From: Eledone cirrhosa
Lineage: Eukaryota
Assembly (NCBI GenBank): GCA_964016885.1
Contig: OZ024757.1
Coordinates: forward strand, 40,610,001-40,674,000
Direction: 5' to 3'
Length of the DNA: 64,000 nt
Below the pieces are notes generated by a model, which had not been told where the DNA came from, ran no database searches, and saw only the letters and a program-made list of their open reading frames with translations. Each line of letters starts with the position of its first letter. The stretch's first letter is position 1. A program made the translations under genes and the position numbers. This document shows, in pieces, positions 42,385 through 56,074 of this stretch.

Positions 42385-42546
42385 TGGTGGATTGGCAGCA
42401 TCAGTAAAGCGTCGGACTCTGTAATAAGTTTTCGCCGAGGTTAGTTTTGACTTACATCCTTACGGTGTCGATAACATAAAGTACCAGTAATACACTGCGG
42501 TCGATTTAATCAATTTCCCACCCTCTCTCTCCTTCAAATTGCTGGC
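42385..42546 (+). mobile_element. SINE running into the assembly gap
   Basis: GGTGGATTGGCAG...CATCCTTACGGTGTCGATAA..AAGTACCAGTAATACACTG. Confidence 0.75.
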
Positions 42547-42746
42547 NNNNNNNNNNNNNNNNNNNNNNNNNNNNNNNNNNNNNNNNNNNNNNNNNNNNNN
42601 NNNNNNNNNNNNNNNNNNNNNNNNNNNNNNNNNNNNNNNNNNNNNNNNNNNNNNNNNNNNNNNNNNNNNNNNNNNNNNNNNNNNNNNNNNNNNNNNNNNN
42701 NNNNNNNNNNNNNNNNNNNNNNNNNNNNNNNNNNNNNNNNNNNNNN
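42547..42746. other. Assembly gap (200 N)
   Basis: Run of N. Confidence 1.
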
Positions 42747-42919
42747 TCTCCTTCTCTCTCTCTTTCTCCGCTCACTCTCTCCTCTACACATCTTCTTACC
42801 CCGTTATACACCAACTCCCCCCTCTCTAGCTTTCATTCACTCTTCCTGTTTTTTTCATTCCTTCTCTTCCAGTCCCAGTCTCTCTATCTTTCATTATCTC
42901 AGTCTTTCAGTCTCTCACT

Positions 42920-43360
42920 CATTCCTACTATCCCCCCCCTCTCCTCCCCTCTCTCTCTCATTCCTACTATATCTCCCCTCTCCCCCCACTTTCTCCTATT
43001 CCTACTATCTCCTCCCCCTCTCTCCTCCCCTCTCTCTCTCATTCCTACTATCTCTCCCCTCTCCCCCCACTTTCTCTCATTCCTACTATCTCCTCCCCCT
43101 CTCTCTCATTCCTACTATATCTCCCCTCTCCCCCTCTCTCTCATTCCTACTATCCCTCCCCCTCCACTTTCCCCCATTCCTACTATCTCCTCCCCATCTC
43201 TTCTCCCCCTCTCTCTCTCAATCCTACTATATCTCCCCTTCTCCCCCCACTTTCTCCCATTCCTACTATCTCCTCTCCCTCTCCCCCCCCCTCTCTCTCT
43301 CATTCCTACTATCTCTCCCCTCTCCCCCCACTTTCTCTCATTCCTACTATCTTCCTATAT
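42920..43360. repeat. Pyrimidine-rich minisatellite (ATTCCTACTAT + C/T tract, ~30-45 bp unit)
   Basis: About 12 recurrences of TCCTACTAT. Confidence 0.9.
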
Positions 43361-43779
43361 ATTTCTTCGTTTCAATGTCTTCCTTCCTTTTCTTGCTGCT
43401 GTTTTCTAACTTTTATGACCATCTTCTTCAAACAATAAAGGTTTGCAAATGTACCATAACTGTTGAACTTTCGAAACAACAAAACACAAAGCAACAAAAA
43501 CAAACCCCAAACCCACCACCACCACCAACAAACACAAAACAGCAACAACAACAACAAAATACAACCAAATATAAAAATAAAAATAAAAACAAAACTATAG
43601 GAAAAAGGGTAAAATAAATATAAAAATAAAAACAAAACTATAGTAAAAAGGGTAAAATATATATAAAAATAAAAATAAAACTATAGGAAAATGTAAAATA
43701 AAAATAAATAAAAAGACCATGACAAACATTATTAGGAACTGGTTGTCGAATTTGAATAAGTGTTCACATTATTACTTAC

Positions 43780-43831
43780 AGTGTTTGCAAATTGCCAGAG
43801 CTCTTATTGATTCTATGCCCTATATTTTCAA
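43780..43831 (-). other. Candidate 52-bp exon of an unidentified host gene
   Basis: tttatagcattcAG acceptor, GTAAGT donor, open frame ENIGHRINKSSGNLQT. No recognisable homology. Confidence 0.22.
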
Positions 43832-43974
43832 CTGAATGCTATAAATATTGATTTCGTTTGACTAGAGGGACAACACAAATTGAACCGTTTCTCTCTTTAG
43901 TAATATTGTTGTAATTACATTTATTTTAGTTTCAGATTCCAGAGTTAAGTGAAGATAAGAATAAAAGTAACATT

Positions 43975-44041
<67 letters not shown>

Positions 44042-44175
44042 GTGATAATGATGATAATAAATAAATTAATTAAAAATAAAAGTGAAAATGATAATAATAA
44101 GAATAAAAATCAAGTATTGGATCTGGTAAGAATTTGAACTCAGAGCAAAATGTCCCGGGGCCATTATATATATAT

Positions 44176-44231
<56 letters not shown>

Positions 44232-44235
<4 letters not shown>

Positions 44236-44535
44236 AGTATATGTTGGTTGTATACCAACACCTAGTATGCAGATTGGAGCACTCGACGAAGTGCGCAGGT
44301 TGGTTTGGTTACTCCGGAGTAATGTAAAATAAAATAAAATAAATAAGTCAAATGGTTAAAATTTGGCTTCGTTTATTACTGCTATATGTATTTCGGTGAC
44401 AGCCATCTTTGGCTGTGACCTCTTCAGGCAGTCTGAATTAGTGTGGTAGAGACAAGTACATATGTTGTTGAGGTGTTTAACTTTGTCAATACTCTGATAT
44501 GCCCAGTTCCTGGTTGGGTTGTTATTTCAACATCA
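44232..44535 (-). mobile_element. Family D terminus with hammerhead at 44378-44432
   Basis: ACUGC-CUGAAGA-GGUCACAGCCA(aaga)UGGCUGUCACC-GAAA-UACAUA-UA-GCAGU; 3' end abuts (AT)n. Confidence 0.82.
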
Positions 44536-44639
44536 TGTTTAATATAGAAGTGGCTTCTACAAGACTTGAACTGTTTCATTTAAAACAAATCATCATGAGG
44601 AACGCTATTATTTATACCAGTGCTTACAATATATAGTCA

Positions 44640-44740
44640 TTTATGCTTGAGAAGCTCAAGGATACAACACATCGCCCAGTGCTGGATTCGAACTCACAAG
44701 CTCACGATTGTGAATCCAACACTTTAACCACTAAGCTAGA
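44640..44740 (-). mobile_element. Head of a different tRNA-derived SINE
   Basis: TAGCTTAGTGGTTAAAG (A box)...GAGTTCGAATCC (B box)...TGTTGTATCCTTGAGC; related head at ~29190-29270 (+). Confidence 0.65.
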
Positions 44741-44984
44741 CAAATCCAGGTGAATGTTACACTCTCCACTAACGTTTAATTGGCCAAGGCACGCCGTATG
44801 TCAGGACAACGTTCCCCTACAAAAAACATCCGGGGAAACGCCTTCTCTATTCTGCTCGCCGGGGCCGTGGGGTGGCCAGCGCGTGGGACCCCATTTGCTC
44901 ATAATATTGAGAGATGGGGAGGGCTAGAGAGATGGAGGCGATGACAGTGGGAAATATGCTCCTCTGTGTTTCGACCTCGTGTGG

Positions 44985-45409
44985 AGTAATTGCTGGCCTT
45001 GTGTAGAAAAGTAGAAACATTATTGGTTTGGAAGTATTGGTAGAGGCTCGGACACAATGCTTTGAAAGCATAGAGTTACGGCCCTTTATGGTCTGAGATC
45101 AAATCCCGCGAGGCTAACTTTGCCTTTCATCCTTACAGGATCGATAAAATAAAAAAATTAAAGTACCAGTAATGCACTAGACAAATTTCTGCCCTTGTCC
45201 CAAAAGTAGAAACAATTATTATTAGAGCGTCAAACACCATGCTTTGCAACATAGGAGTTATGTCCCTTTACGTTCTGTAAAGTACCAGTAATGCATTGAG
45301 GTTTATTGCTGCCCTTGTGCACAAAATTAGAAACAATTATTATTCTTATTATCATCATTATTATTATATGTACTGGGTAATTGCTGGCCTTGTGCCAATA
45401 GTAGAAACA

Positions 45410-45473
<64 letters not shown>

Positions 45474-45568
45474 GAGGTTGACTTTGCCTTTCATCCTTAC
45501 GGGGTCGATAAAATAAAGTACCAGTAATGCACTGGGTAATTGCTGGCCTTGTGCCTAAAGTAGAATCA

Positions 45569-45600
<32 letters not shown>

Positions 45601-45985
45601 AGTTATATTCTATTTATATTTGTGCTTCTTCTGTCAGAAGAAGAAGGTTGTATCATATTTGAATGACAAGCAATGTCATATATGTGTCAAATACTGACGT
45701 TGCATTAATATCAACAAATTGACTGCATCGCGATAGTGTCAGACAAACGGGATCGTGACATTTAGTTAAACCGCTAGACATATTATTATTATTTGGCAGT
45801 ATCGGTAGAGGGTCGGGCGCCATGCTTTGAAGCATAGAATTACCTCCCTTTACGATCTGAGTTCAAATCCCGCCGAGGTTAACTTTGCCTTTCATCCTTA
45901 CGGGGTCGATAAAATAAAGTACCAGTAATACACTGGGTAATTGCTGGCCTTGTGCCTAAAGTAGAAACAATTATTATTATTATTA
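44985..45985 (+). mobile_element. Cluster of SINE copies and tails separated by (ATT)n; near-complete copy at 45793-45985
   Basis: Six occurrences of the (G)CCTTGTG..AGAAACAATTATT tail and three cores. Confidence 0.88.
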
Positions 45986-45987
45986 TT

Positions 45988-47245
45988 GTTCTTTGAGTCT
46001 CAGTCATTGATGTTATTTAACTGGAAAGTTTGTTGAAATGAATATCAAGCCGCTACCTGCAGCCTCAGATATTCAGGACGTACCGGAGGGTTCTTGCTGT
46101 TCCCAGCAAGCATGCCTTTTGAAGTGTTCCAAAAAGCGGGTCTGGACTAACTTTCTTTAACGATCCTTGGAAACTCTTTGAGATAGTACCTAGTGCGCCT
46201 ATGACAATCGGGACGACTCTTCATGACAGTTCCAAATCCTTTTTACCTCCCACTTTAAGTCCTGGTATCGGTTAATTTTCTCCCTCTCCTTCTCTTGCAC
46301 TCTCGTGTCAAATGGGCAGGCTACATCTACAATCAGGCACGATCTGTTTTCCTTGTGCAAAACCACCAGGTCAGGCCTATTGTGTTCCAGTTTCTTATCC
46401 GTCTGTATCCTAAAATCCCATAGCGCCTTCACCTGATCGTTTTTTATCACCGACTCTGGCTTATGCTCATACCACTTCTCAGAATGTGGTAAATTGTTTA
46501 CTTTGCATAGGTGCCAGTGGATCACCCTGCCCATCACACCATGTCTCCAGCCTTTATAGTGAGTCTGGGTTAGGTGTTTACACTCGGATACAATGTGAGC
46601 CACAGTCTCCTCTCTCTCTCCACAGATCCTACACAGTGGGCTAGCCTCCTCCTTGTAAATATGGTGCTTCACCCACTTCGTTTTGAGGGCCTGCTCTTGC
46701 GCTGCCATTAGCATTCCTTATGTAGCCTTTTTAAGGTCTCCTGTTTTAAACCAGTTCCATGTCTGTGGATCTCTAAATTCAGATTTCTCAAAGAAGGTAC
46801 TATGAAGGGATTTTTCATGAAGGTTCCTCTTCCTCCTTGTTGTTATTTCCTCCTTGGACATCCCCTGGTCTTCTATTGTTCGCTCCTTCAGTACAATTCT
46901 GAGCATTGGCTCCCTACTGTCAGTCACGTATTTGTGCAGGTTGTTTTTCTCCATCTGAACACAGTCCTCTATGCTGATAAGACGTCTTCCACCTTCAGAT
47001 CTCTTTAAGTAGAGTCTATCGACATCACTCCTCTTGTGGAGCATGTTGTAGATAGTCAATATCTTCCTAGTATTTCTATCCATTTCTTTTTGTTCAGCAA
47101 CATTCCATTTCAAAATTCCTGCACTGTACCTAATAATAGACACAGCTCGGGAATTCACTGCACTTATGACATTACTACTATTTAGATGTGATTTTAATAC
47201 GCTCCTTACTTTCCTAATGTACTCAGATCTTATCAATTCCCTCAT
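45988..47245 (-). mobile_element. 5'-truncated R4/Dong-like (RLE) non-LTR retrotransposon
   Basis: Post-RT DVDRLYLKRSEGGR; AAQEQALKT; CCHC CRICGEREETVAHIVSEC; RH; PD..D nuclease HNRPDLVV..IVDVACPFD..EKINRYQDL; end GALG..LQKACLLGTARTLR. One in-frame stop and a frameshift; (AAT)n tail. Confidence 0.92.
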
Positions 47246-47389
47246 TCTTCTTCTTCTTCTTCTTCTTCTTCTTCTTCTTCTTCTTCTTCTTCTTCTTCTT
47301 CTTCTTCTTCTTCTTCTTCTTCTTCTTCTTCGTCTTCTTCTTCTACTTCTTCTTCTTCTTCTTCTCCTTCTTCTTCTTCTTCTTAATTC

Positions 47390-47700
47390 AGAGAACTCTT
47401 AGTTCAGTGAACTATCAACTCAAACTGGATTGACTCTCTGATCTTCGTCCTAAAATCTATATCAAATAACGTTACTTTAAGTACTCTTCCGAAGAATCCT
47501 ATTTAGGCCGATTGTATCTGCAATCGTTTCTTTTTTTCGGTCCTTGCCCATACGTAAGGGTTAGCACAAATCCCAAATCGAAGACAGCTAGTTTGGCTTT
47601 TACACCAACCTCCCTTCTTCTCATTACTAAATACTGAAGCTGAAACTGAAGCTAACGCATAACTGCACCAGCCTCTGGAGGTCTTGCACATCGAGATAAC
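47390..47700 (-). mobile_element. RTE-clade LINE fragment
   Basis: VKAKLAVFDLGFVLTLTYG / QIQSA*IGFFGRVLKVTLFD...IRESIQFE; same family as 19555; followed by (GAA)n. Confidence 0.7.
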
Positions 47701-48254
47701 ATCACCCAAAATATAATGTTACATTTAGTTACATCCCTAACGTTATAAATTTAAATTACACCCAGACACAACTCTACATTTCAACATCCATAGAATCGAT
47801 AAAATAAAAAAATAAAAAAATAAATAAACACACAAAAAAAAATTACAACTACAATTTCCGATACGATCGTTTATAAGGCTACTCTCTATCGTCCCACTAA
47901 AAAAAAATAGAAACATGGTGTCCTTGATGTGTCTATTTTAAAAAATCGATATATAATGTGCGATAAATTTTGTGAATCACTACTAAAAACTCTTTGCCAC
48001 TTCTCATGTAATATATGCAACAAGCCCCAAAGTAAATTTCAATGTAATTTTTGTTGTCACGTTTCCTCTCTTGATTGATTGCTTCGCTGTCCACTCTGGT
48101 ATTTCAGAATATCTACTGAATGCAGCAACGATGTGTGTGTGTGAGTATGTATGTGTGTGTGAGAGAGTATGTATATGTATGTGTGTGTATATATATATAC
48201 TATATATATATATACTATTATATATATATGTATATTATTATATATATATGTATA

Positions 48255-48307
<53 letters not shown>

Positions 48308-48339
48308 GTGTGTGTACATATTCATATATACATATATAA

Positions 48340-48377
<38 letters not shown>

Positions 48378-48811
48378 GTTGTATGTAAAATATAGTTAAT
48401 ACAAAATTATATATATTGTTTGTTGTAGGAAAGTTATCTTTTTAGAGAGAGATTTGGACAACCACGTCAGGCCTCATGCAACACGTCATACGTTATGCTG
48501 GAAACGTGTCATACATAAAAAAAGAAGAATGGATATGAAGAAAAAACGATGCAATAAGCGATAGAACTATGAAATGATATACAATGGCGTAATATTTTTT
48601 TATTTTCAAAAATCCGTTCACACATAGTAACAGTGTTTTATTTGAAATATAGTTAGTAGTGACTCCTGGCTGTCATATAGATGGAAATAGGGTGGGTGGG
48701 GGGAGTGGGGGGGATGGAGAGGGGGAGGGAAGGATATAGAGAGGGAGAGAGGGGGAGAGAGAAAGAGAGAAGAGGGAAAGAGAGAGAATGAGGGATAAGG
48801 GGATAGCTAGT

Positions 48812-48847
<36 letters not shown>

Positions 48848-49072
48848 TAGGGATAGGCAGAGGTAGATAGATGGGTAGAGAGAGAGAGAGAGAGAATGAA
48901 AGTGGGTAAGAGAGAGTTGGAGACAGAATTATAGAGAGAGTGTGAGAAAGACGAGAGGGCAAGAGGGGGAGAAAATATGATTATATTTAGTATTTTCAAT
49001 CGCTAAATCATTGTTTAAAATTTGGTGAAATAATTTGTTTACAGATTATGTAAATAACACTTCACTTGCTGT

Positions 49073-49140
<68 letters not shown>

Positions 49141-49232
49141 TTGTTGCTGCTACTGCTGCTATTACTACTACAACTACTACTGCTGATATATATATATGTA
49201 TATATATATATGTATATATATATGTATATATG

Positions 49233-49378
<146 letters not shown>

Positions 49379-49749
49379 TACATACATACATACATACGTG
49401 TGTACATATATACGAATGCCAGAACGTAGATTTCTATGCTCATGTGTATAACTTCCTGTACGAATTAAGCCTAGGGCAAGTCTAGTGTCACAACATGATT
49501 TGCCTGTAAGGAGATACGGCTGTTTTTAATATAACCTTCATATGAAACTATATTACATGGTTTAATAATTAAAGCATTTTGAATCATATATGAATTGTTG
49601 AATCACGTAATTATAATTAAATAAATATTTTAGGATAGAATTTCTTGAAAACCCTGGCATTTTCCCTACAGGGGCTGGAAATTGCTGATTTAGTTGCTGT
49701 TATGTTAAGGAGAAAAAGTTTGTCATGGAAATATTAATATTTTTTATTA

Positions 49750-49938
49750 GGTAGATTGGCAGTATCGGTAGACAGTCGGACGCCATGCTTTAACGTATAG
49801 AGTTACGGCCCTTGCCATTCTGAGTTCAAATCCCGCCGAGGTTAACTTTGCCTTTCATACTTATGGCGTCGATAAAATAAAGACCCAGTAATGCATTGGG
49901 TAATTGCTGGCCTTGTGCCAAAAGTATAAACAATTATT
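49750..49938 (+). mobile_element. Full-length tRNA-derived SINE
   Basis: Matches the consensus of the 3273-3460 unit. Confidence 0.9.
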
Positions 49939-50076
49939 TTTATATCGAAACCTACATTCACTCACGCATACAAGACCACTACCACTGACACACGGATATA
50001 CACATACACACACTATCTTTGATACTCTACACATACCTTTAAAAAAACACACACGTTTAAACATACACTTGCACAT

Positions 50077-50263
50077 AATTGTTTCCATTTTTGGCACAAG
50101 GCCAGCAATTATCCAGTACATTACTGGTACTTTATTTTATCGACTGTGTGAGGATGAAAGGCAAAGTTAACCTCGGTGGGATTTGAACTCAGATCATAAA
50201 GGGCCATAACTTTATGCGGCAAAACATAGCGTCTGACCCTCTACCGATACTGCCAATCCACCT
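50077..50263 (-). mobile_element. Full-length tRNA-derived SINE, inverted relative to 49750
   Basis: Reverse complement of the consensus. Confidence 0.9.
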
Positions 50264-50359
50264 CACACATAATATCGATACTAATACATACACACTCCAC
50301 TTCACATTCCAACTCGTTACCAAGACTCCTTACCAGTTTGTCTTATTTATTATCTATAT

Positions 50360-50494
50360 TTACGTTGGTATGGACATGTGATGCGCATGGAGGATGACCG
50401 TTGGGTAAAGAAGTGCCAAGAAATCCCAGTAGAAGGAAGACGCAGTAGAGGAAGACCACAAAAAACATGGGTGGAGGTGGTGAGAGCAGAATTT
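50360..50494 (+). mobile_element. RTE (BovB-like) C-terminal fragment
   Basis: LRWYGHVMRMEDDRWVKKCQEIPVEGRRSRGRPQKTWVEVVRAE. Confidence 0.88.
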
Positions 50495-51549
50495 GGTGTT
50501 TTGGTGAGAGAGGGGGAATTGTTAGAGAGTGTGAGGTATGTAGTGTGATATAGAGAGTGGGAGAGAATTTGTTGGTTTAGAGAGAGAGGGGGAATTGTTA
50601 GAGAGAGTTAGGTTTGTAGTTGGATATAGAATGTGGGAGAGAATTTGGTGGCTGAGTAAGAGAGGGGGAATTGTGAGATAATGAAAGGGAGTGAGGTATG
50701 TAGGGTTTTATAGAGAGGGGGAGAGAGAGAGGGGGAATTAAGTGCGAGGAAGAGAGTGAGTTATGTAGTGAAATATAGAGAAGGAATATATGGTGGTGGT
50801 GGTGGTGGTGTGGGTGGCGGTGTTGGCGGTGGTGTTGTTTGTGATGGTGGTGGAGGAGGATGTTTTGGCGGTGATCGTGTTGTTTGTGATGGCAGTGATA
50901 CATTTGTTGGCGGGATCGAAGATGGTTGAATTATCGATTTCCATATCATCGGAGTTGATTTCAATTAACACAGATACAGAGAACAGAAGAGATAGGAACT
51001 AAGGAACAGGGGGAAGTGGCGGTGTGGTGGGAGGGTGTTGGTGGTGTGGTGCGGTGTGGTGTGTTGGCGGTGGTGGTGGTGGTGTGGTGGTGGTGTGGTG
51101 GTGGTGGGGAGGTGAGGGTGTGCTGGATTAGGGGGATGTGGCGGTGTGGGGAGAGGTGGTGGTGTTGGTGGTGTGGTGTGTTGGCGGTGGTTGTTGAGTG
51201 TGGGGGATGTGGTGGTGGTGTGGTGGTGGTGGGAAGGTGAGGGTGTACTGGATTAAGGGGAGGTGGCGGTGTGAGGAGAGGCGGTGGTGTGCTGGGGTGG
51301 TGGTGTGCTGTGGCTTGTCGCTCTTGTTGTTGTTGGTGTTGTTTGTGGGTGTCGTTGCTGTTGTTGTTGTTGTTGTTTGTGGGTGTCGTTGTTGTTGTTG
51401 TTATTGTTATTTGTGGGTGTCGTTTTTGTTGTTGTTGTTGTTTTCGCTGCTGTTGTTGCTGTTGTTGTTGTTGTTATTGCTGGAATCATGACATTTAATA
51501 ACGGGGTTGGATTTGTCTGATGTTGTTATTACTATTATGATTATCACTA

Positions 51550-51856
51550 TTTGCTGAAAGGTGGGTGAATGTGGCGAGAATGGCCCGGGTGAGTGGGCCT
51601 ACTCTGGTCAAGCGCCTGGAGGTGGGGAAATGTGAGGGGTGCCCTTCCAGGGTGCTCTCGAAGCGTCGGGTCGTTCAGGATTGGTGGAGTGCCTCAGCGA
51701 ACCCTGGGTGGTCATCTCCCCTATTGGGGAATTTTTCTTGTAACTTTGTTATTGTTATTCATATTGTTTACTCGATTTTTCTGTAAAACCCCACTGTCCC
51801 AGTCTTTTGTATTGTCCCCTATATGTCGGCCCTTGTGGCCAATAAATGAAATCATT
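51550..51856 (+). mobile_element. Tx1/L1-like LINE 3' end
   Basis: FAERWVNVARMARVSGPTL then 3' UTR ending GGCCCTTGTGGCCAATAAATGAAATCATT. Confidence 0.8.
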
Positions 51857-51867
51857 TGTTCTGGCTT

Positions 51868-52124
51868 TTAAGAAACACATAAATGTTCCCGTTTCTTCCT
51901 TCATAGGAGCAATGGGTACAACATCGAAGAATGTCCAAGGATTCTTAACGATCATTAGCGCAGCTCCCTCTCTTTGGAACTCTCTAGAATGTAGCCCTAC
52001 TGAGAACAGCAAGGACCCTCTGGCATGCTCTTAATATACGAGACTGCAGGTAGCCGCTTGATGTTCATTAGAGCAGATTTACCGGCTAAATAACAACAAT
52101 GGCTGAGATAAGATATCAATGTAC
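51868..52124 (+). mobile_element. Diverged R4/Dong-like 3' end
   Basis: IGAMGTTSKNVQG.../LLRTARTLWHALNI and 3' UTR CTGCAGGTAGCCGCTTGAT...TAAATAACA.CAATG.CTGAGA, homologous to 45990-46200 (-). Confidence 0.78.
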
Positions 52125-52256
52125 GAAGAAGAAGAAGAAGAAGAAGAAGAAGAAGAAGAAGAAGAAGAAGAAGAAGAAGAAGAAGAAGAAGAAGAAGACG
52201 ACGACGACGACGACGACGACGACGAAGAAGAAGAAGAAGAAGAAGAAGAAGAAGAA

Positions 52257-52288
<32 letters not shown>

Positions 52289-52574
52289 AGAAGAAGAAGA
52301 AGAAGAAGAAGAAGAAGAAGAAGAAGAAGAAGAAGAAGAAGAAGAGGAAGACGACGATGGCGGCGAAGAAGAAGAAGAAGAAGAAGAAGAAGAAGAAGAA
52401 GAAGAAGAAGAAGAAGAAGAAGAAGAAGAAGAAGAAGACGACGACGACGACGACGAAGAAGAAGAAGAAGAAGAAGAAGAAGAAGAAGAAGAAGAAGAAG
52501 AAGAAGAAGAAGAAGAAGAAGAAGAAGAAGAAGAGGAAGACGACGATGGCGGCGAAGAAGAAGAAGAAGAAGAA

Positions 52575-52606
<32 letters not shown>

Positions 52607-52652
52607 AGAGGAAGACGACGATGGCGGCGAAGAAGAAGAAGAAGAAGAAGAA

Positions 52653-52684
<32 letters not shown>

Positions 52685-52733
52685 AGAAGAAGACGACGAC
52701 GACGACGACGACGACGAAGAAGAAGAAGAAGAA

Positions 52734-52780
<47 letters not shown>

Positions 52781-52973
52781 AGAGGAAGACGAAGACGACG
52801 ACGACGACGACGACGACAACGACGACGACGACGACAACGACGACGACGACGACGAAGAAGAAGAAGAAGAAGAAGAAGAAGAAGAAGAAGAAGAAGAAGA
52901 AGAAGAAGAAGAAGAAGAAGAAGAAGAAGAAGAAGAAGAAGAAGAAGAAGAAGAAGAAGAAGAAGACGACGAC
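52125..52973. repeat. Compound (GAA)n/(GAC)n array
   Basis: Contains three copies of GAGGAAGACGACGATGGCGGC, indicating block duplication. Confidence 0.97.
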
Positions 52974-54151
52974 TCTAGCAGTTATAAAGTGTATTGACAT
53001 TTTTCTCTTTAAGGAAACCTTGCATTGTTTAGGTTTAGCAAACACACGGACACACAATGACACACGGTTAGAAACAAACATATACATTATTATATATGTC
53101 TATGGCCTTGTGCCTAAAGTAGAAACAATTATTATATATGTCTATATATTCCGCCATGTTACATACAGACATATACATATATGGCTTGCTATGCTGATAC
53201 ATACTAACACATTATCCTTGTTTATTCGTCGTTTTTTTAAATATATTTTTTACTTTACGAATTCATACGAATCGAAACGAAGAAAAAAATGTTGAGAAAC
53301 CTTAGCTTCTACAAACATAATTTAATTGTAAGCAAAAACTCAACTCCCTGTGAATGTGCTTAATATCTAAACTATAATAAAGGAACTCTGCGGGACTGCG
53401 TACGGTTTATTTTTTTTATCCCGTTAGTAAAATAAGTTGGATTACTTTGAATAAATAATGAATGAATATTACATAATTTATTTACTGAATTTCGTAAACA
53501 AAAATAATTTCGTAAAAATAAATAATTTAAAATTGACTTCTTTTCAAAGTTGCACTTCCGGTATATCGTTGTCACCACCACCACCACTTCAACTACCATA
53601 TATATAGAAAGAGAGAGTGTGTGATGTCAACACTTCCGGTGGCGATCACTTAAATAAACATACTAATTTTCTGTCACTAATTTTCTCCTAATGCAGTTTA
53701 TATATAACATCGTCTTTTTTTAATATATCATGGATTACGTTACTGATTAGATAAGACAGTGTAACACATTCTCTGTTCGATTTCTGTTAATATTGTCAAT
53801 TACGATTTTATTTGATGTATCATATCTACATGTATATATATTTGCGTATAATATCAATATACTCACTACACATGCTAGCATAAAACCACCCGAAGGCTGG
53901 TTTTTCTGCTAGTTAGAGTAATGAATATTAAATACAATAAACAGCCTAGCAATGGACGGTGGAAGCATATGAGATAGCAACGATGTGTGATCTGTTGCCT
54001 TGCCTCAATCAAGATTTAGCAATATATTCCCAAATTGTTAACAGACGTCACAGACGTCTGTAATCTGCCTAACTTCTTTCTTTTGTCAATCATTTACGTA
54101 TGTTTGAAAGTGAATAAGGATTTTATCTGATTAAAAGGTTGCTGGTAGTTG

Positions 54152-54317
<166 letters not shown>

Positions 54318-54322
54318 CATAC

Positions 54323-54353
<31 letters not shown>

Positions 54354-54446
54354 CATACATATATATATATATATATATACATACATACATACATACATAT
54401 ATATATATATACATATTTATATAATTACATATATATATATGTGTGC

Positions 54447-54515
<69 letters not shown>

Positions 54516-54794
54516 TTTTGTTCCATGAATAGAATAAAATAATTGCTTTCATTTAGAGACAGTTTACCTATGGGTTACTATAATGAGACACTAGCGTGAA
54601 ATGGTTACGGCATCAAGCCAGAGCAATGAGTCTGTTCCCTAGGAAAAAATATCCAATAATGACCAGAAACAAGTCGTAATCATATCAAATAGACATATTG
54701 AACCACGTAGATATATATGATTCCCCAACTCCTGAGGAAGTCGTACGAACGTCATCGTTATTTACACCGTTTCTATGACTTTATTTTAAACCCA

Positions 54795-54966
54795 GCGGTG
54801 AATTGGCAGTATCAGTAGAGGCTTGGACGCCATGCTTTCTAGCATAGTTACGTCCCTTTACAGTCTGAGTTCAAATCCCGTCGATATTAACTTTGCCTTT
54901 CATCCTTACGGGGCCGATAAAATAAAGTACCAGTAATGTACTGGGTATTAGCTGGCCTTGTGCCAA
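54795..54966 (+). mobile_element. tRNA-derived SINE
   Basis: Near-consensus head, core and tail. Confidence 0.9.
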
Positions 54967-55655
54967 ACACAGCGGAGCACATCTCCTCTATTTGTCTGAT
55001 TAAAGCAGATTTCTTCCAGTTAAAGATATAGATTGAGAGAATGGAAGTGGGAAAGAGATATAGAGGAAGAAACGATCCCAGTTCTAGACGGGTAATATGT
55101 TTATATGTAGGAATAATGTCGTAACTCGCGATAGAGTTGAAAGGACGCCATAGTGGGATACGGAGTTTCAAGGGAATTTTCTACCCTAAAAGAGTCTATC
55201 TCTTCTCCACGTGTGAATACAACACCACCACGCCCAATGCCTAGAGTCCATCACCCTCCCACTTCCCTCTCAAAATTTTCTGTGACCCTAGCGCCATTTC
55301 CTTTCCCTTCCTTTTCCATTTTCATAATCCCCAAAGTCCCTTCCATTTCTTTTACATTAAAACATTAGCTTTTAATTTTTTTTTTACAATAGAATAGTGA
55401 AAACAATGGGATATGTAAAGTTAAACTTACGTCATTGGAAATTGTTCGATATGGTAGAATGATTGGTATTTTAATTTCTCATTGCCGCTATCTTTTTCTT
55501 GGGTAGTGGATTGTAAATTTAAATATTTCGTTTTTGATGCTGTCTTGCTGAAAAAGAAAAACAAAGAAAGAAAATTAAATATTACGATAACACTTTTTTC
55601 TAACATTCACCGAACATGTCCAGTCATTTTGGAGTTTAGGAAAGTCGATATACAC

Positions 55656-55812
<157 letters not shown>

Positions 55813-55912
55813 CCAGTGGTGTTGAGATCTGCGAGACCACTAATCATGGAAGTACTCAATGCATGGGATAGTTCATATAGATATTGATCGGAATTTTACC
55901 TATCTCTCTCAC

Positions 55913-56003
<91 letters not shown>

Positions 56004-56074
56004 GCAAAGTTTTATTTAAATATATATATAGTAATAATAATAAATATATATAGTGATAATAATAAATATATATA

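Noticed and set aside
42506-42829. ORFs spanning the X run
   Set aside because: Artefact of the 200-N gap.
47480-47525. Plus-strand LPK..PIRPIVSA resembling a PLE RT motif
   Set aside because: Requires indels, and the opposite strand gives a longer, coherent RTE match.
52119-52997. 292-aa poly-Glu/Asp ORF and overlapping poly-Lys/Ser/Phe ORFs
   Set aside because: Trinucleotide array directly following an R4-like 3' UTR; open in many frames.
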